From an uncultured Bacteroidales bacterium (lineage in GTDB: Bacteria > Bacteroidota > Bacteroidia > Bacteroidales > DASQZP01), in NCBI GenBank assembly GCA_963783315.1, contig CAWAMZ010000017.1, forward strand, positions 23,725 through 87,724: 64,000 nucleotides of DNA, given 5' to 3'. The notes beneath the pieces were generated by a model. The model ran no database searches, was not told the DNA's origin, and saw nothing but the letters and a program-made list of their open reading frames with translations. Positions 30,241 to 41,423 of the stretch are shown here, piece by piece. Both the position numbers and the translations under genes were made by a program. Numbering within the stretch: position 1 is the first letter of the stretch; every line of letters starts with the position of its first letter.

Positions 30241-31539
30241 TTAAAGACTCCAGTAAATTAAATCTTCAATCTTTCCCCTGTAAATACCCTTTATGTCGAT
30301 CAGCACTCCATTTCTATCTTTAATGATTGATTTAAAATAGGCTTCATCAAGGTCGATAAATTCCCGGTGATTGACAGCAACTACAACTGCATGATAATCA
30401 TTTCTTATCTTATTTACAAGCTGAAAACCATATTCATGCATCACTTCATCCGCATCAGCATATGGATCTGTTACATCCACCTTAACTCCATAGGATACCA
30501 GCTCATTCACAATATCTACTACCTTGGAATTGCGTATATCGCTGACATTTTCCTTAAAAGTAGCTCCCATCACCAACACTGGCGCCCCTTTCAGGTTTTT
30601 TCCGGCAGCGATCATTTTTTTAACTGTTTGCTTGGCAACGTAACCACCCATCGAGTCATTGATAAAACGACCCGAATTAATGATTTGTGCATGATATCCC
30701 AGTTTCTGAGCCTTATAAGAAAGGTAATAAGGGTCAACCCCGATGCAGTGACCGCCTACGAGACCCGGAAAAAACTTCAGGAAATTCCATTTGGTACCGG
30801 CGGCCTCAAGCACTTCATAGGTGTTGATTTTCATACGGTTAAAAATAATTGACAGCTCATTCATAAAGGCAATATTGATATCCCGCTGAGTATTTTCGAT
30901 AATCTTGGCTGCCTCCGCTACTTTTATCGATCCGGCACGGTGTACACCTGCTGTAATTACCAGCTCATATACTTTTGCAATAATTTCTGCTGATTCGGTG
31001 TCGCACCCACTGGTTACTTTAACAATTTTTGTCAGGGTATGTTCTTTATCCCCCGGATTGATCCGCTCGGGAGAAAAACCAACTTTAAACCCGGACCGGT
31101 ATTCAAGTCCGGTTATTTTCTCCAGTAACGGCACGCATTCTTCCTCGGTACAGCCAGGATAAACGGTGGATTCATAAACGACATAATCACCTTCTTTGAG
31201 GACTTTACCAACCATTTCTGTAGCACTCAGCACTGGTTTCAGGTCCGGCATGTTATAACTGTCAATCGGGGTAGGCACAGCCACAATAAAAAACCGGGCC
31301 TGCTTCAGCTCTTCAATACTGGAAGTAAAAGTGATATCACACCCGTCAAATGCAGAAGAATCGAGTTCACGACTTGGATCAATCTGTTTTTTCATCATCT
31401 CAACCCGTTCGGCTTTTATATCAAAACCAATAACAGATATTTTTCGTGCAAACTCCAGTGCAATTGGCAGACCAACATAACCAAGGCCGATAATAGCCAG
31501 TTTTTCTTCTTTATTTATAAGTTTTTGGTACAAATCCAT
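30241..31539 (-). CDS. UDP-N-acetylhexosamine 6-dehydrogenase (WbpA/WbpO/TviB family)
   Basis: GLGYVGLP, ESTVYPG, SPERINPGD, KIIENTQRD, GGHCIGVDP. Start MDLYQ at 31539. Confidence 0.9.
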   Translation of the reverse strand: MDLYQKLINKEEKLAIIGLGYVGLPIALEFARKISVIGFDIKAERVEMMKKQIDPSRELDSSAFDGCDITFTSSIEELKQARFFIVAVPTPIDSYNMPDLKPVLSATEMVGKVLKEGDYVVYESTVYPGCTEEECVPLLEKITGLEYRSGFKVGFSPERINPGDKEHTLTKIVKVTSGCDTESAEIIAKVYELVITAGVHRAGSIKVAEAAKIIENTQRDINIAFMNELSIIFNRMKINTYEVLEAAGTKWNFLKFFPGLVGGHCIGVDPYYLSYKAQKLGYHAQIINSGRFINDSMGGYVAKQTVKKMIAAGKNLKGAPVLVMGATFKENVSDIRNSKVVDIVNELVSYGVKVDVTDPYADADEVMHEYGFQLVNKIRNDYHAVVVAVNHREFIDLDEAYFKSIIKDRNGVLIDIKGIYRGKIEDLIYWSL

Positions 31540-31562
31540 GATCAGTAAAATTATTTTAGTAA

Positions 31563-32522
<960 letters not shown>

Positions 32523-32526
32523 TTAA

Positions 32527-33102
32527 TTATAGCTTTTTTACCGTCTCGTTTTTGAGCTCATATTTTTCATTGCTTTCTGGACAAACAGCTGTTCCGTTTT
32601 CATCAAACTCCAGTTTATGGCCATATTCGCTCATCCACCCGGTTTGACGACCAGGATTCCCTACGATCAGCGCATAAGCCGCCACCTCTTTGGTAACCAC
32701 CGCTCCTGCCCCTATAAATGCAAATTCACCAATATCATGTCCGCAAACAATGGTGGCATTGGCTCCAATAGTAGCTCCTTTGCCAACCTGGGTTTTCACA
32801 TACTGATTGCGCCGGTTAACAGCACTGCGCGGATTGACCACGTTGGTAAAAACCATTGAAGGCCCAAGGAATACGTCATCTTCACAAATCACACCCGTAT
32901 AAATAGATACATTATTCTGTACCTTCACATTATTTCCCAGCACTACTTCAGGTGAAACCACTACATTCTGTCCTATATTACAATTGTCACCAACTACAGC
33001 GCCGGCCATTATGTGGGAAAAATGCCAGATTCGTGTGCCTTTTCCAATATGGCATCCTTTATCAATTACGGCTGTTTCGTGAGCAAAATATTCCTCATTC
33101 AT
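32527..33102 (-). CDS. wbpD: Hexapeptide N-acetyltransferase for UDP-3-amino-GlcNAcA
   Basis: IWHFSH, IGQNV, VKVQNNVSIY, GPSMVFTNVVNPRS, C-terminal Zn-ribbon-like tail. Confidence 0.88.
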   Translation of the reverse strand: MNEEYFAHETAVIDKGCHIGKGTRIWHFSHIMAGAVVGDNCNIGQNVVVSPEVVLGNNVKVQNNVSIYTGVICEDDVFLGPSMVFTNVVNPRSAVNRRNQYVKTQVGKGATIGANATIVCGHDIGEFAFIGAGAVVTKEVAAYALIVGNPGRQTGWMSEYGHKLEFDENGTAVCPESNEKYELKNETVKKL

Positions 33103-33104
33103 GA

Positions 33105-34244
33105 TTAATGGTTGTTTTTCAAATACTGTAAGACGTGTCCGGTTATGTATTCTTGTTGTAACTTATCCAGCTCGGTATGCATTGGTAAAGACAGAACCCT
33201 GTTACACAGATCTTCGGTGACCGGAAAATCTCCTTTGCTATATCCCAGAGATTCATAGGCTTTTTGCAAATGCAGCGGGACAGGATAATAAATCATGGAT
33301 GGAATCTTATTCTCTTCCAGATAATTTCGAAGTTTGTCCCGGTTTACTTTTTTATCCAATACCAGTGTATATTGATGATAGATGTGGGAAGATCCATCTC
33401 GGCAATATGGGGTTTTTATCATCGATTCATCAGCGAAAACCTGATCGTAAAAAGCAGCAGCCTGTTTCCTTGCCTCGTTATATTCATTAAGGTGTCGGAG
33501 TTTGATCCGCAAAATTGCTGCCTGGATACTATCAAGCCTGGAATTTACACCCAGCCGGTCATGGTAATACCTGACAGTCATGCCATGATTCACAACAGAC
33601 CGCAGAGACGAGGCCAGCTTATCATCGTTGGTAAATACTGCACCCGCATCACCAAAAGCGCCCAGGTTTTTTGATGGGAAAAATGAAGTACAGCCGGAAT
33701 GGCCAATGGCTCCTGCTTTCATCACTTTGTCCGAAGCATCTGTATAATCAGCGCCCAGAGCCTGAGCGTTATCTTCAATCACCAACAGATCATGTTCCCT
33801 GGCTATCTGCATAATGGCATCCATATCGGCCGGCTGACCGAAAAGATGAACCGGGACAATCGCTTTGGTTCTGGGTGTAATAGCTTTTCTGACTGATTCC
33901 GGATCGAGGTTAAAAGTGTTGGGATCAACATCCGCCAGAACCGGTTTGAGCCCCAGTAGGCCAATAACCTCAACGGTTGCAATAAAAGTAAAATCAGGAG
34001 TTATAACTTCATCTCCCGGTTTCAAATCATGAGCCATCATAGCTACCTGCAGAGCATCCGTTCCGTTGCCACAGGGAATAACATGCTTTACGCCCAGGTA
34101 ATCTGCAAGTTCAGTGGCAAATGCCTTTACCTCCGGGCCGTTTATAAACGCTGCCGAATCCATTACACTTTGAATGGCGTTGTCGACTTCCGGTTTAATT
34201 TTTAGATACTGGTTTTGAAGATCAACCATTCTGATCTCTCTCAT
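33105..34244 (-). CDS. wbpE: DegT/DnrJ-family PLP aminotransferase (UDP-3-keto-GlcNAcA aminotransferase)
   Basis: GNGTDAL, IEDNAQA, TSFFPSKNLG, NSRLDSIQAA. Lies next to wbpD and wbpB. Confidence 0.8.
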   Translation of the reverse strand: MREIRMVDLQNQYLKIKPEVDNAIQSVMDSAAFINGPEVKAFATELADYLGVKHVIPCGNGTDALQVAMMAHDLKPGDEVITPDFTFIATVEVIGLLGLKPVLADVDPNTFNLDPESVRKAITPRTKAIVPVHLFGQPADMDAIMQIAREHDLLVIEDNAQALGADYTDASDKVMKAGAIGHSGCTSFFPSKNLGAFGDAGAVFTNDDKLASSLRSVVNHGMTVRYYHDRLGVNSRLDSIQAAILRIKLRHLNEYNEARKQAAAFYDQVFADESMIKTPYCRDGSSHIYHQYTLVLDKKVNRDKLRNYLEENKIPSMIYYPVPLHLQKAYESLGYSKGDFPVTEDLCNRVLSLPMHTELDKLQQEYITGHVLQYLKNNH

Positions 34245-34454
34245 CTCATCAGGAAATTTTAAAATATCAGGCGAAGTTAATTAAATCCCCTCTAAAAAAT
34301 ATAACGGTACGTTCTTTTTTGTATAAAGTTGCTGATCAAACAGGTTATTTTGGATATATTAAAGCAGTATTAATTTTAAATGATTACCGGCTGCAAAAGC
34401 TTCAGGAATCTTGTATATGAATTTTTATTACTTTTGTTCAGTTAAACAATAACA

Positions 34455-35497
34455 ATGGAGGACATTAGTAAATACATACGAGAATTGTTGTTTACCCGGG
34501 ATCTGGTTTCTGTTAAAGGATTGGGTGCCTTTATGACTACCTATAAACCAGCCGGTAAAAATCCAGTTGATAATACTTTCTCCCCTCCAGCCAAGATTCT
34601 GCGTTTCAGTAAATCAAAGGATGAAGAAAATGATTTTCTGATCAATAAAATCGCGCTCTCCAAAAATATTACCTACGAAGAAAGTGAATCTCTTGTTAAA
34701 TCTTTTGTGGACAATCTGCTTGAGAGAATCGACCGAGGTGAAAGAATTCATCTGAATGACATTGGATACTTTGAAAAAAACGAACACAAAAAAATTACAT
34801 TTGAACCACATCACATCAGTAATTTCCTGGCCAATGCCTATGGCCTGGATGAAGTAGCCGCTTCCCCTTAAAAAAACATGCTTCTTTATCAAAAAAACAT
34901 ACTGAGGAAAAACCAGCCATTTCAATACCAGCCAAAGGTAAAAACAAAAAATTTGTATATTTTTCAACAGGAATTATCCTTATTTTTTTTATAGCTGCAG
35001 CTGCCTATTTTACTGGAAATATAAAGCCGCCATTTGTGCCTGGTAAGCCTTCAGTAAAAAATTTATATCAACAAACGGATCAGCTTCTGCAAGAAGAAAG
35101 CCATGCTGAGGCGATGAAAGATTCTCTTTCACGGATAGAAAAAAAACTGGATGAACTCACACAAAAAGAAACTGCACTAAAACCAAAATTGGGTGAGGTA
35201 AAAAAAGTAACCACCGAAGTGCCGGATGATAAAAAGAAAATAACACCTGTTTCTGATTTTAATGATAAGGAAGCCAGGTATTATCTGGTTGCCGGAAGCT
35301 TTAAACACCCAAAAAACGCGCAGGATCTTGTACAAGAACTTGCAAAAGAAGGATATACAGCCAGAATATATGAAAGTAAAAATAATTTCTACCGGGTGGT
35401 GATCGATTCATTCACACAAAAAAAGAATGCAATCTCAGCAATGCAGCATATCAGAAAGGCTAAAGGGAAAGAATCAGTTTGGGTACTTTATGAATAA
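34455..35497 (+). pseudogene. HU-CCDC81-like domain + TM + SPOR protein, interrupted by a single -1 frameshift at ~34864-34871
   Basis: ORF 34455-34871 (ISKYIRELLF..VSVKGLGAF..IGYF..FLANAYGL) stops at TCC CCT TAA. The -1 frame from 34868 reads LKKHASLSKK...KKFVYFSTGIILIFFIAAAAYF (TM) uninterrupted into the SPOR domain YYLVAGSFK...SVWVL. Confidence 0.75.
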
Positions 35498-35535
35498 TGT
35501 TCTCTGTAAGTATAATTTAAAGTTGATTCTCTGCT

Positions 35536-36318
35536 TTATTCTTTCTTTTCTTTCAAATTTTCCTTCTTTGAAAGTATCTCCTTTGCCTTTTCATAACCAA
35601 TCTGAAACATTTCCCGGGCATGCCCAACATCAAGCAACCCATAGTCACGTAATTTTTCAGGTTCAATATATGAATTAAAAGAGTTGATCTTATTATGAAT
35701 CTCAGCCGAAACACTCAGATGGAAACTCCGAACAGCAATTTTCATAATCCCTTCGGCTTCGTCTGTGTATCCTGTTGGATTCACATGTACCCCGATAATC
35801 TTTCTGCACTTCCCCTTTAATGGTTCAAGCGGCATATTATCAATTATACCCCCGTCTACATATGAATACTTGCCTATCTTTACAGGTGCGAATAAGACCG
35901 GAATACTGGCAGATGCGATTATCCTTGGAAGCAATTCACCTTCATTAAAATACTCTATTTCTCCTTTATTATAATTTGTAGCCGCTAAATAGAAGTCAAT
36001 TTTTAAGTCCTGAAATTGCTTTGCCCGAAGATGTTCTCTTATCACATCTTCCATGCCTGTGATCCTTGCCAGTCCGCTATTGGGAATGGCCAGTCTGATA
36101 AAATTAAACATCTTTTTATCACCGAATATTTCAAGAATCTCATCCGGTTTATATCCATCTGCATAAAAACTACCGACAATTCCCCCTGCGCTGACACCTG
36201 AAATTGCATCAGGAAATATTCCTGCTTCATTAAGGGCTTTCAACACTCCAATGTGGGCAAATCCACGTGCTGCTCCTCCACTTAAAACAATACCTGTTTT
36301 GTATTTCTTTATTATCAT
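35536..36318 (-). CDS. Patatin-like phospholipase
   Basis: LSGGAARG, GVSAG (GxSxG) and DGG catalytic motifs. Confidence 0.92.
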   Translation of the reverse strand: MIIKKYKTGIVLSGGAARGFAHIGVLKALNEAGIFPDAISGVSAGGIVGSFYADGYKPDEILEIFGDKKMFNFIRLAIPNSGLARITGMEDVIREHLRAKQFQDLKIDFYLAATNYNKGEIEYFNEGELLPRIIASASIPVLFAPVKIGKYSYVDGGIIDNMPLEPLKGKCRKIIGVHVNPTGYTDEAEGIMKIAVRSFHLSVSAEIHNKINSFNSYIEPEKLRDYGLLDVGHAREMFQIGYEKAKEILSKKENLKEKKE

Positions 36319-36521
36319 TGTTTTTATTTTTATTTTTATTGCCGGAAAATAAAAAACATATGGACTGCAAACGGTATATTAATAAAAATAAATGATTCCG
36401 CTCCAATATAGAACATATTTATCTACCTTCGTGTTATTACCAGACAACAACAAAGTTAGTTTAATTCACTAAAAAAGATAACCAGCTAACCATATTTTAG
36501 AAAATTCATTAATTGAGTAAC

Positions 36522-38696
36522 ATGCCAAAAAGAACAAGAAATAAGAATATTGAAGAAGGGAAAAATCTGAACAAACAGTCATTAGCCAGTTCAATTCTTG
36601 GTGTTTTCAGCAACAATCCCACCAGGGAATACAATTATAAACAACTTGCCAAGCTGCTGAATATTAAAGATAAAAGCACCAGGGCGTTAATAAACACCAT
36701 TTTAGCCGAATTGGTGAACAGTGGTAATCTGAAGGAAGTTTATAGTGGAAAATATAAATTAAAGTCCAAAGGTGGTTACATCATCGGAACAGTTGAGCTA
36801 ACAAAGGGAGGATATGGTTTCATTATATCTGAAGCAATATCCGAAGATGTCTTTGTATCACAAAATAATCTGCACCATGCCCTTCACGGAGATACAGTAA
36901 AAGTGTATCTGTTTGCAAAACGAAAAAAGGTACATATTGAAGGAGAAGTTGTAGAAATACTTGAACGTGCCCGCAAATCTTTTGTAGGCAGCATAGAGTT
37001 ACAGCCAAATTTTGCTTTTCTGGTTCCGGATGGTAACCAGATGCCTTATGATCTGTTTATTCCGCTTGATAAGCTCAATGGTGCAGAACATGGACAAAAA
37101 GCTATAGCCCGCATCACAGACTGGCCACGCCATGCAAAAAATCCTTTCGGAGAAATCACTCAGGTGCTTGGTTTTCCGGGTATCAATGAGGTGGAGATGC
37201 ATGCCATACTTGCTGAATATGAGCTGCCTTACCATTTTTCTGAAGAGGTGGAAGCTGCTTCAAAACTTATCAGTGATACCATTGTTGGAGAAGACCTGGA
37301 AGGGCGAAGGGATTTCAGAGATGTTCCCACCTTTACAATCGATCCGGCAGACGCCAAGGATTTTGATGATGCTTTGTCAGTTAAAAAACTAAAAAACGGT
37401 AACTGGGAAGTAGGGGTGCATATTGCAGATGTAACCCACTATGTGCATTCCAAAAGCATACTCGATTACGAAGCAAGAGAAAGGGGAACATCCGTATATC
37501 TTGTCGACCGTGTAGTGCCTATGCTGCCTGAAAGACTGTCCAATAACATCTGTTCCCTCCGGCCTGATGAAGAAAAACTATGCTTTTCGGCCGTGTTCGA
37601 GTTTAATGAGCATGCCGAACTAAAAGCCGAATGGTTCGGAAAAACAATTATCCTTTCAAAAAGACGATTCTCCTATGAAGAAGCACAGCAGGTAATTGAA
37701 ACCGGAGAGGGAGATATGAACCAGGAGATACTGACACTTAATAAACTGGCCAGACAACTCAGAAGCCGCCGTTTTGAAGACGGGGCTATGGCTTTCGAAC
37801 GGTCGGAGGTGAAATTTGACCTCGATGAAGAGGGACGGCCCCTGAGAGCCTATTTTAAGGAAATAAAAGAATCCAATGAACTCATCGAAGAGTTCATGTT
37901 GATGGCCAATAAGAAAGTGGCAGAATTTGTAGGCAAAAAGAAAGAGGGTGGCAAACCCAAAACTTTTGTATACAGAATACACGATAAACCAGATGAGGAA
38001 AGGCTGAATGCATTTTCACATTTTGTGAACCGGTTTGGTTACAAACTGAATACTACTTCTAAGAAACAAATCAGTAAGAGTATCAATAATTTGCTAACAG
38101 AGGTCAGAGGCAAAAAAGAACAAAATATTATTGAAACACTTGCTATCAGGTCAATGGCTAAAGCTGTTTACTCTACACAAAATATTGGCCACTACGGACT
38201 TGCATTTGACAATTACACACATTTTACTTCTCCTATTCGCCGGTATCCGGACATGTTGGTGCACCGGTTACTAAATCATTATCTTAACGATGGCGATTCA
38301 AAGAATACCGCCAAGTATGAAAAAATGTGCCGGCATGCTTCAGATATGGAAAAAAGAGCTGTTGAAGCCGAGCGTGCTTCCATAAAATATAAGCAGGTTG
38401 AATTCATGAGCGATAAAATCGGCCAGGTCTTCAACGGGGTAATTTCCGGAGTTACCGAATGGGGTATATTTGTTGAGATTACCGAAAACAAATGTGAAGG
38501 ATTGATCCCCATTCGCGAACTGGATGATGATTTCTACGAGCTTGATGAAGAAAATTACCAGTTGGTTGGCCGTCATAAGAAAAAAGTTTTTCAGCTGGGA
38601 GACGACATACAAGTAATGATTTGGCGCACCAACCTTGCCAAAAAACAGCTTGATCTGAAATTGGCCGAAGAGGATGAAGAAAACAATGAAGCATAA
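36522..38696 (+). CDS. rnr: Ribonuclease R
   Basis: TIDPADAKDFDDA, YTHFTSPIRRYPD, C-terminal S1 domain. Confidence 0.96.
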   Translation: MPKRTRNKNIEEGKNLNKQSLASSILGVFSNNPTREYNYKQLAKLLNIKDKSTRALINTILAELVNSGNLKEVYSGKYKLKSKGGYIIGTVELTKGGYGFIISEAISEDVFVSQNNLHHALHGDTVKVYLFAKRKKVHIEGEVVEILERARKSFVGSIELQPNFAFLVPDGNQMPYDLFIPLDKLNGAEHGQKAIARITDWPRHAKNPFGEITQVLGFPGINEVEMHAILAEYELPYHFSEEVEAASKLISDTIVGEDLEGRRDFRDVPTFTIDPADAKDFDDALSVKKLKNGNWEVGVHIADVTHYVHSKSILDYEARERGTSVYLVDRVVPMLPERLSNNICSLRPDEEKLCFSAVFEFNEHAELKAEWFGKTIILSKRRFSYEEAQQVIETGEGDMNQEILTLNKLARQLRSRRFEDGAMAFERSEVKFDLDEEGRPLRAYFKEIKESNELIEEFMLMANKKVAEFVGKKKEGGKPKTFVYRIHDKPDEERLNAFSHFVNRFGYKLNTTSKKQISKSINNLLTEVRGKKEQNIIETLAIRSMAKAVYSTQNIGHYGLAFDNYTHFTSPIRRYPDMLVHRLLNHYLNDGDSKNTAKYEKMCRHASDMEKRAVEAERASIKYKQVEFMSDKIGQVFNGVISGVTEWGIFVEITENKCEGLIPIRELDDDFYELDEENYQLVGRHKKKVFQLGDDIQVMIWRTNLAKKQLDLKLAEEDEENNEA

Positions 38697-38727
38697 AAAA
38701 AATCCGGTGAAAATCACCGGATTTTTT
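38695..38727. terminator. Bidirectional intrinsic terminator between rnr and the USP gene
   Basis: AAAAAAAATCCGGTGA-aaa-TCACCGGATTTTTT. Confidence 0.85.
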
Positions 38728-38891
38728 AGTGTCTTATTTTTTATTTGGTTACACAGGGTTTTATTTAGTGTCTGGATCATAATGTTCGAGAACAAGGCGT
38801 GCAAAAATTTTAAATCGCAGTATACTAATGTATATGAGGAATTAAAATTTTTGCAATAACGCAGGTATCGGACATTATGGACAGATACTAT

Positions 38892-39743
38892 TTAACCATA
38901 CATAAACTGACCTACTTTTGCAAAATTAGCTTTTGGATTTACACACATTACTGGTATTCTGGCATTATTGGCAATAAGTTGTTGCTCGGGTGCGCCAAGC
39001 AGATAATCCCCAAAACTAAGATGTTTGGTAGTTGTGATAAGGATCAGGTCAGCACTGATTTGCTGCGCAAATTCAATAGTTTCCTCATAAAAACTATGTT
39101 TTTTGGGTGCTTCTGTAATCTGATATTCAAGGTTGTTCTGTATTAAAAACTTAATTGCGAAATTAAGATTGGTGTTTACCATTTTTTGCAACGATTTATC
39201 AGAGAAATTTTTGACATACAGATGAATTCTTGAATTAAAATATTTGCCAAGAAATATAGCCCAATAAAGCTTTTCCTTATTTTCACTCTTATAATCCACC
39301 GGAAAAACAATGTTGGTGAATTTATATTTTTCGAGAGGCTTATCCTGAATGACAATAAACGGTACTTTTGACCCGGCAATTACCTTCAGTGCCCAGCTGC
39401 CGGTAACTTTTTGCATGCCCTTGATACCATGAGTACCCATGATGATCATAGCTGCATTCTCCTCTTCAGCAAATTGTGAAATTGTTGTGAAAATAGTGCC
39501 TTCACGCACAACCCCGCGTACATTGATGCCATATCGCTCTGAAATGCGCTCTGCATCACGCTTAATGTTTTGCATGGCACCGGCACGTTTCTGCGGAGTA
39601 CTGCCTCGTGGGATCACATGTATTAAACAAATATCCTTTTTCAGATGTTTTCCTATCTGGAATGCATGATCTGAAGCAAAATGTGCAACAGACGTAAAAT
39701 CCCAGGGAACTATTATGGTTGGTTTATCATTCCTTTTATTCAT
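38892..39743 (-). CDS. Universal stress protein (tandem USP domains)
   Basis: IIVPWDFT, IIMGTHG..GSWALKVI..VPFIVI, second domain IVFPVD...IPVMCV. Confidence 0.88.
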   Translation of the reverse strand: MNKRNDKPTIIVPWDFTSVAHFASDHAFQIGKHLKKDICLIHVIPRGSTPQKRAGAMQNIKRDAERISERYGINVRGVVREGTIFTTISQFAEEENAAMIIMGTHGIKGMQKVTGSWALKVIAGSKVPFIVIQDKPLEKYKFTNIVFPVDYKSENKEKLYWAIFLGKYFNSRIHLYVKNFSDKSLQKMVNTNLNFAIKFLIQNNLEYQITEAPKKHSFYEETIEFAQQISADLILITTTKHLSFGDYLLGAPEQQLIANNARIPVMCVNPKANFAKVGQFMYG

Positions 39744-40001
39744 ACCCTCTTATTGTTATTAAACTGTTTACAGTTCCTGGCTACCACAACGGTATTACGC
39801 ATCAGAATATCCTGCGAAATTAAAAAGAACTGTTTTGAGTATAACGATTTTATAACGTAGATATTCTACAGTGAATAAGACATTTTATAACAAAATAAGT
39901 TAACCAATTATAAATACAAAAGCTGTACCAAATACCATCAAAAATTGTATTTTTGTACTGACTAAAAGAAAAACAAGCAATAATTAAGGATTGAAAAATA
40001 C

Positions 40002-41399
40002 ATGGAACAACTGAAAAGGACTAAGGTTAAGGAGTTGCTGAAAAGTACAGATTTTGGCAGAAAGGTTAATGTTAAAGGATGGGTCAGAACCCGCAGGGGA
40101 AATAAAAATGTTGCATTTATTGCACTTAACGACGGATCAATTATACACAACATACAAATCGTAGTTGAAGTTACTTCTTTTGATGAAAGTTTGCTCAAAC
40201 AGATTACCACCGGTTCCTGTATTTCAGTAAACGGTAAACTTACTGAATCTATGGGCAAGGGTCAAAGTGTGGAAATACAGGCAGAAGAAATTGATATTTA
40301 CGGCACAGCCGATGCGGAAACATATCCATTGCAGAAAAAAGGACATACCCTTGAGTTTCTCCGGGAAATTGCCCACCTGCGTCCACGCACCAATACATTT
40401 GGTGCAGTTCTCAGAATACGGCACGGCATGGCATATGCAATTCATAAATTTTTCAACGACAAAGGGTTTTATTACATGCATACACCCATAATCACCGGCT
40501 CTGACGCTGAAGGTGCTGGTGAAATGTTCCGGGTTTCTACTCTTGATCCCGCCCACTTGCCGCTAAATGAGGATCAATCGGTTAACTACGGAGAAGATTT
40601 CTTTGGAAAAGTAACCAACCTTACTGTATCCGGTCAGCTTGAAGCTGAGCTTGGTGCACTTGCCCTGTCGGAAGTATATACTTTCGGACCAACATTCCGT
40701 GCCGAAAACTCCAACACCCCCAGGCATCTGGCTGAATTCTGGATGATTGAACCGGAAATGGCTTTTTATGATATTACCGATGACATGGATCTGGCAGAAG
40801 ACTTCCTTAAGTACCTCATTACTTATGCCCTGGATAATTGTCTGGACGACCTGGAATTTCTCAATAAGATGTACGACAATGAGCTGATAACCCGTCTGCG
40901 TTCGATTGTAGAAAATAGTTTTGTACGCATGACCTACACAGAGGCTATTGATATTTTGATGAACTCGGGACAAAAATTTGAATTTCCGGTAAGCTGGGGT
41001 GTCGATCTTCAGAGTGAGCATGAGCGCTTCCTCGTGGAAAAACACGCTAAAAAGCCTGTAATACTTACCGATTATCCCAGGGACATCAAAGCTTTTTATA
41101 TGAAACAAAATGACGATGGTAAAACCGTCCGGGCGATGGATGTCCTTTTTCCTAAAATAGGCGAAATAATCGGGGGATCGCAACGTGAAGAAAATTATGA
41201 AAAATTGAGTAACCGTGTCAAAGAACTTAAGATTCCTGAAAAAGATCTTTGGTGGTATCTTGAAACACGTAAATTCGGCACAGCCCCGCACAGTGGATTT
41301 GGACTGGGTTTCGAACGTCTCATTTTATTTGTTACCGGAATGAGTAATATCAGGGATGTAATTCCTTTTCCCAGAACACCCCATAATGCTGAGTTTTAG
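40002..41399 (+). CDS. asnS: Asparagine--tRNA ligase
   Basis: [37 protein letters not shown]. Confidence 0.97.
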   Translation: MEQLKRTKVKELLKSTDFGRKVNVKGWVRTRRGNKNVAFIALNDGSIIHNIQIVVEVTSFDESLLKQITTGSCISVNGKLTESMGKGQSVEIQAEEIDIYGTADAETYPLQKKGHTLEFLREIAHLRPRTNTFGAVLRIRHGMAYAIHKFFNDKGFYYMHTPIITGSDAEGAGEMFRVSTLDPAHLPLNEDQSVNYGEDFFGKVTNLTVSGQLEAELGALALSEVYTFGPTFRAENSNTPRHLAEFWMIEPEMAFYDITDDMDLAEDFLKYLITYALDNCLDDLEFLNKMYDNELITRLRSIVENSFVRMTYTEAIDILMNSGQKFEFPVSWGVDLQSEHERFLVEKHAKKPVILTDYPRDIKAFYMKQNDDGKTVRAMDVLFPKIGEIIGGSQREENYEKLSNRVKELKIPEKDLWWYLETRKFGTAPHSGFGLGFERLILFVTGMSNIRDVIPFPRTPHNAEF

Positions 41400-41423
41400 A
41401 AAGTATCAATCAATACATTTTAC

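Noticed and set aside
40563-41291. 242-aa antisense ORF (and the many other shadow ORFs in the track)
   Set aside because: They lie wholly opposite or inside well-conserved genes such as asnS and carry no motifs, so they are codon-bias shadows.
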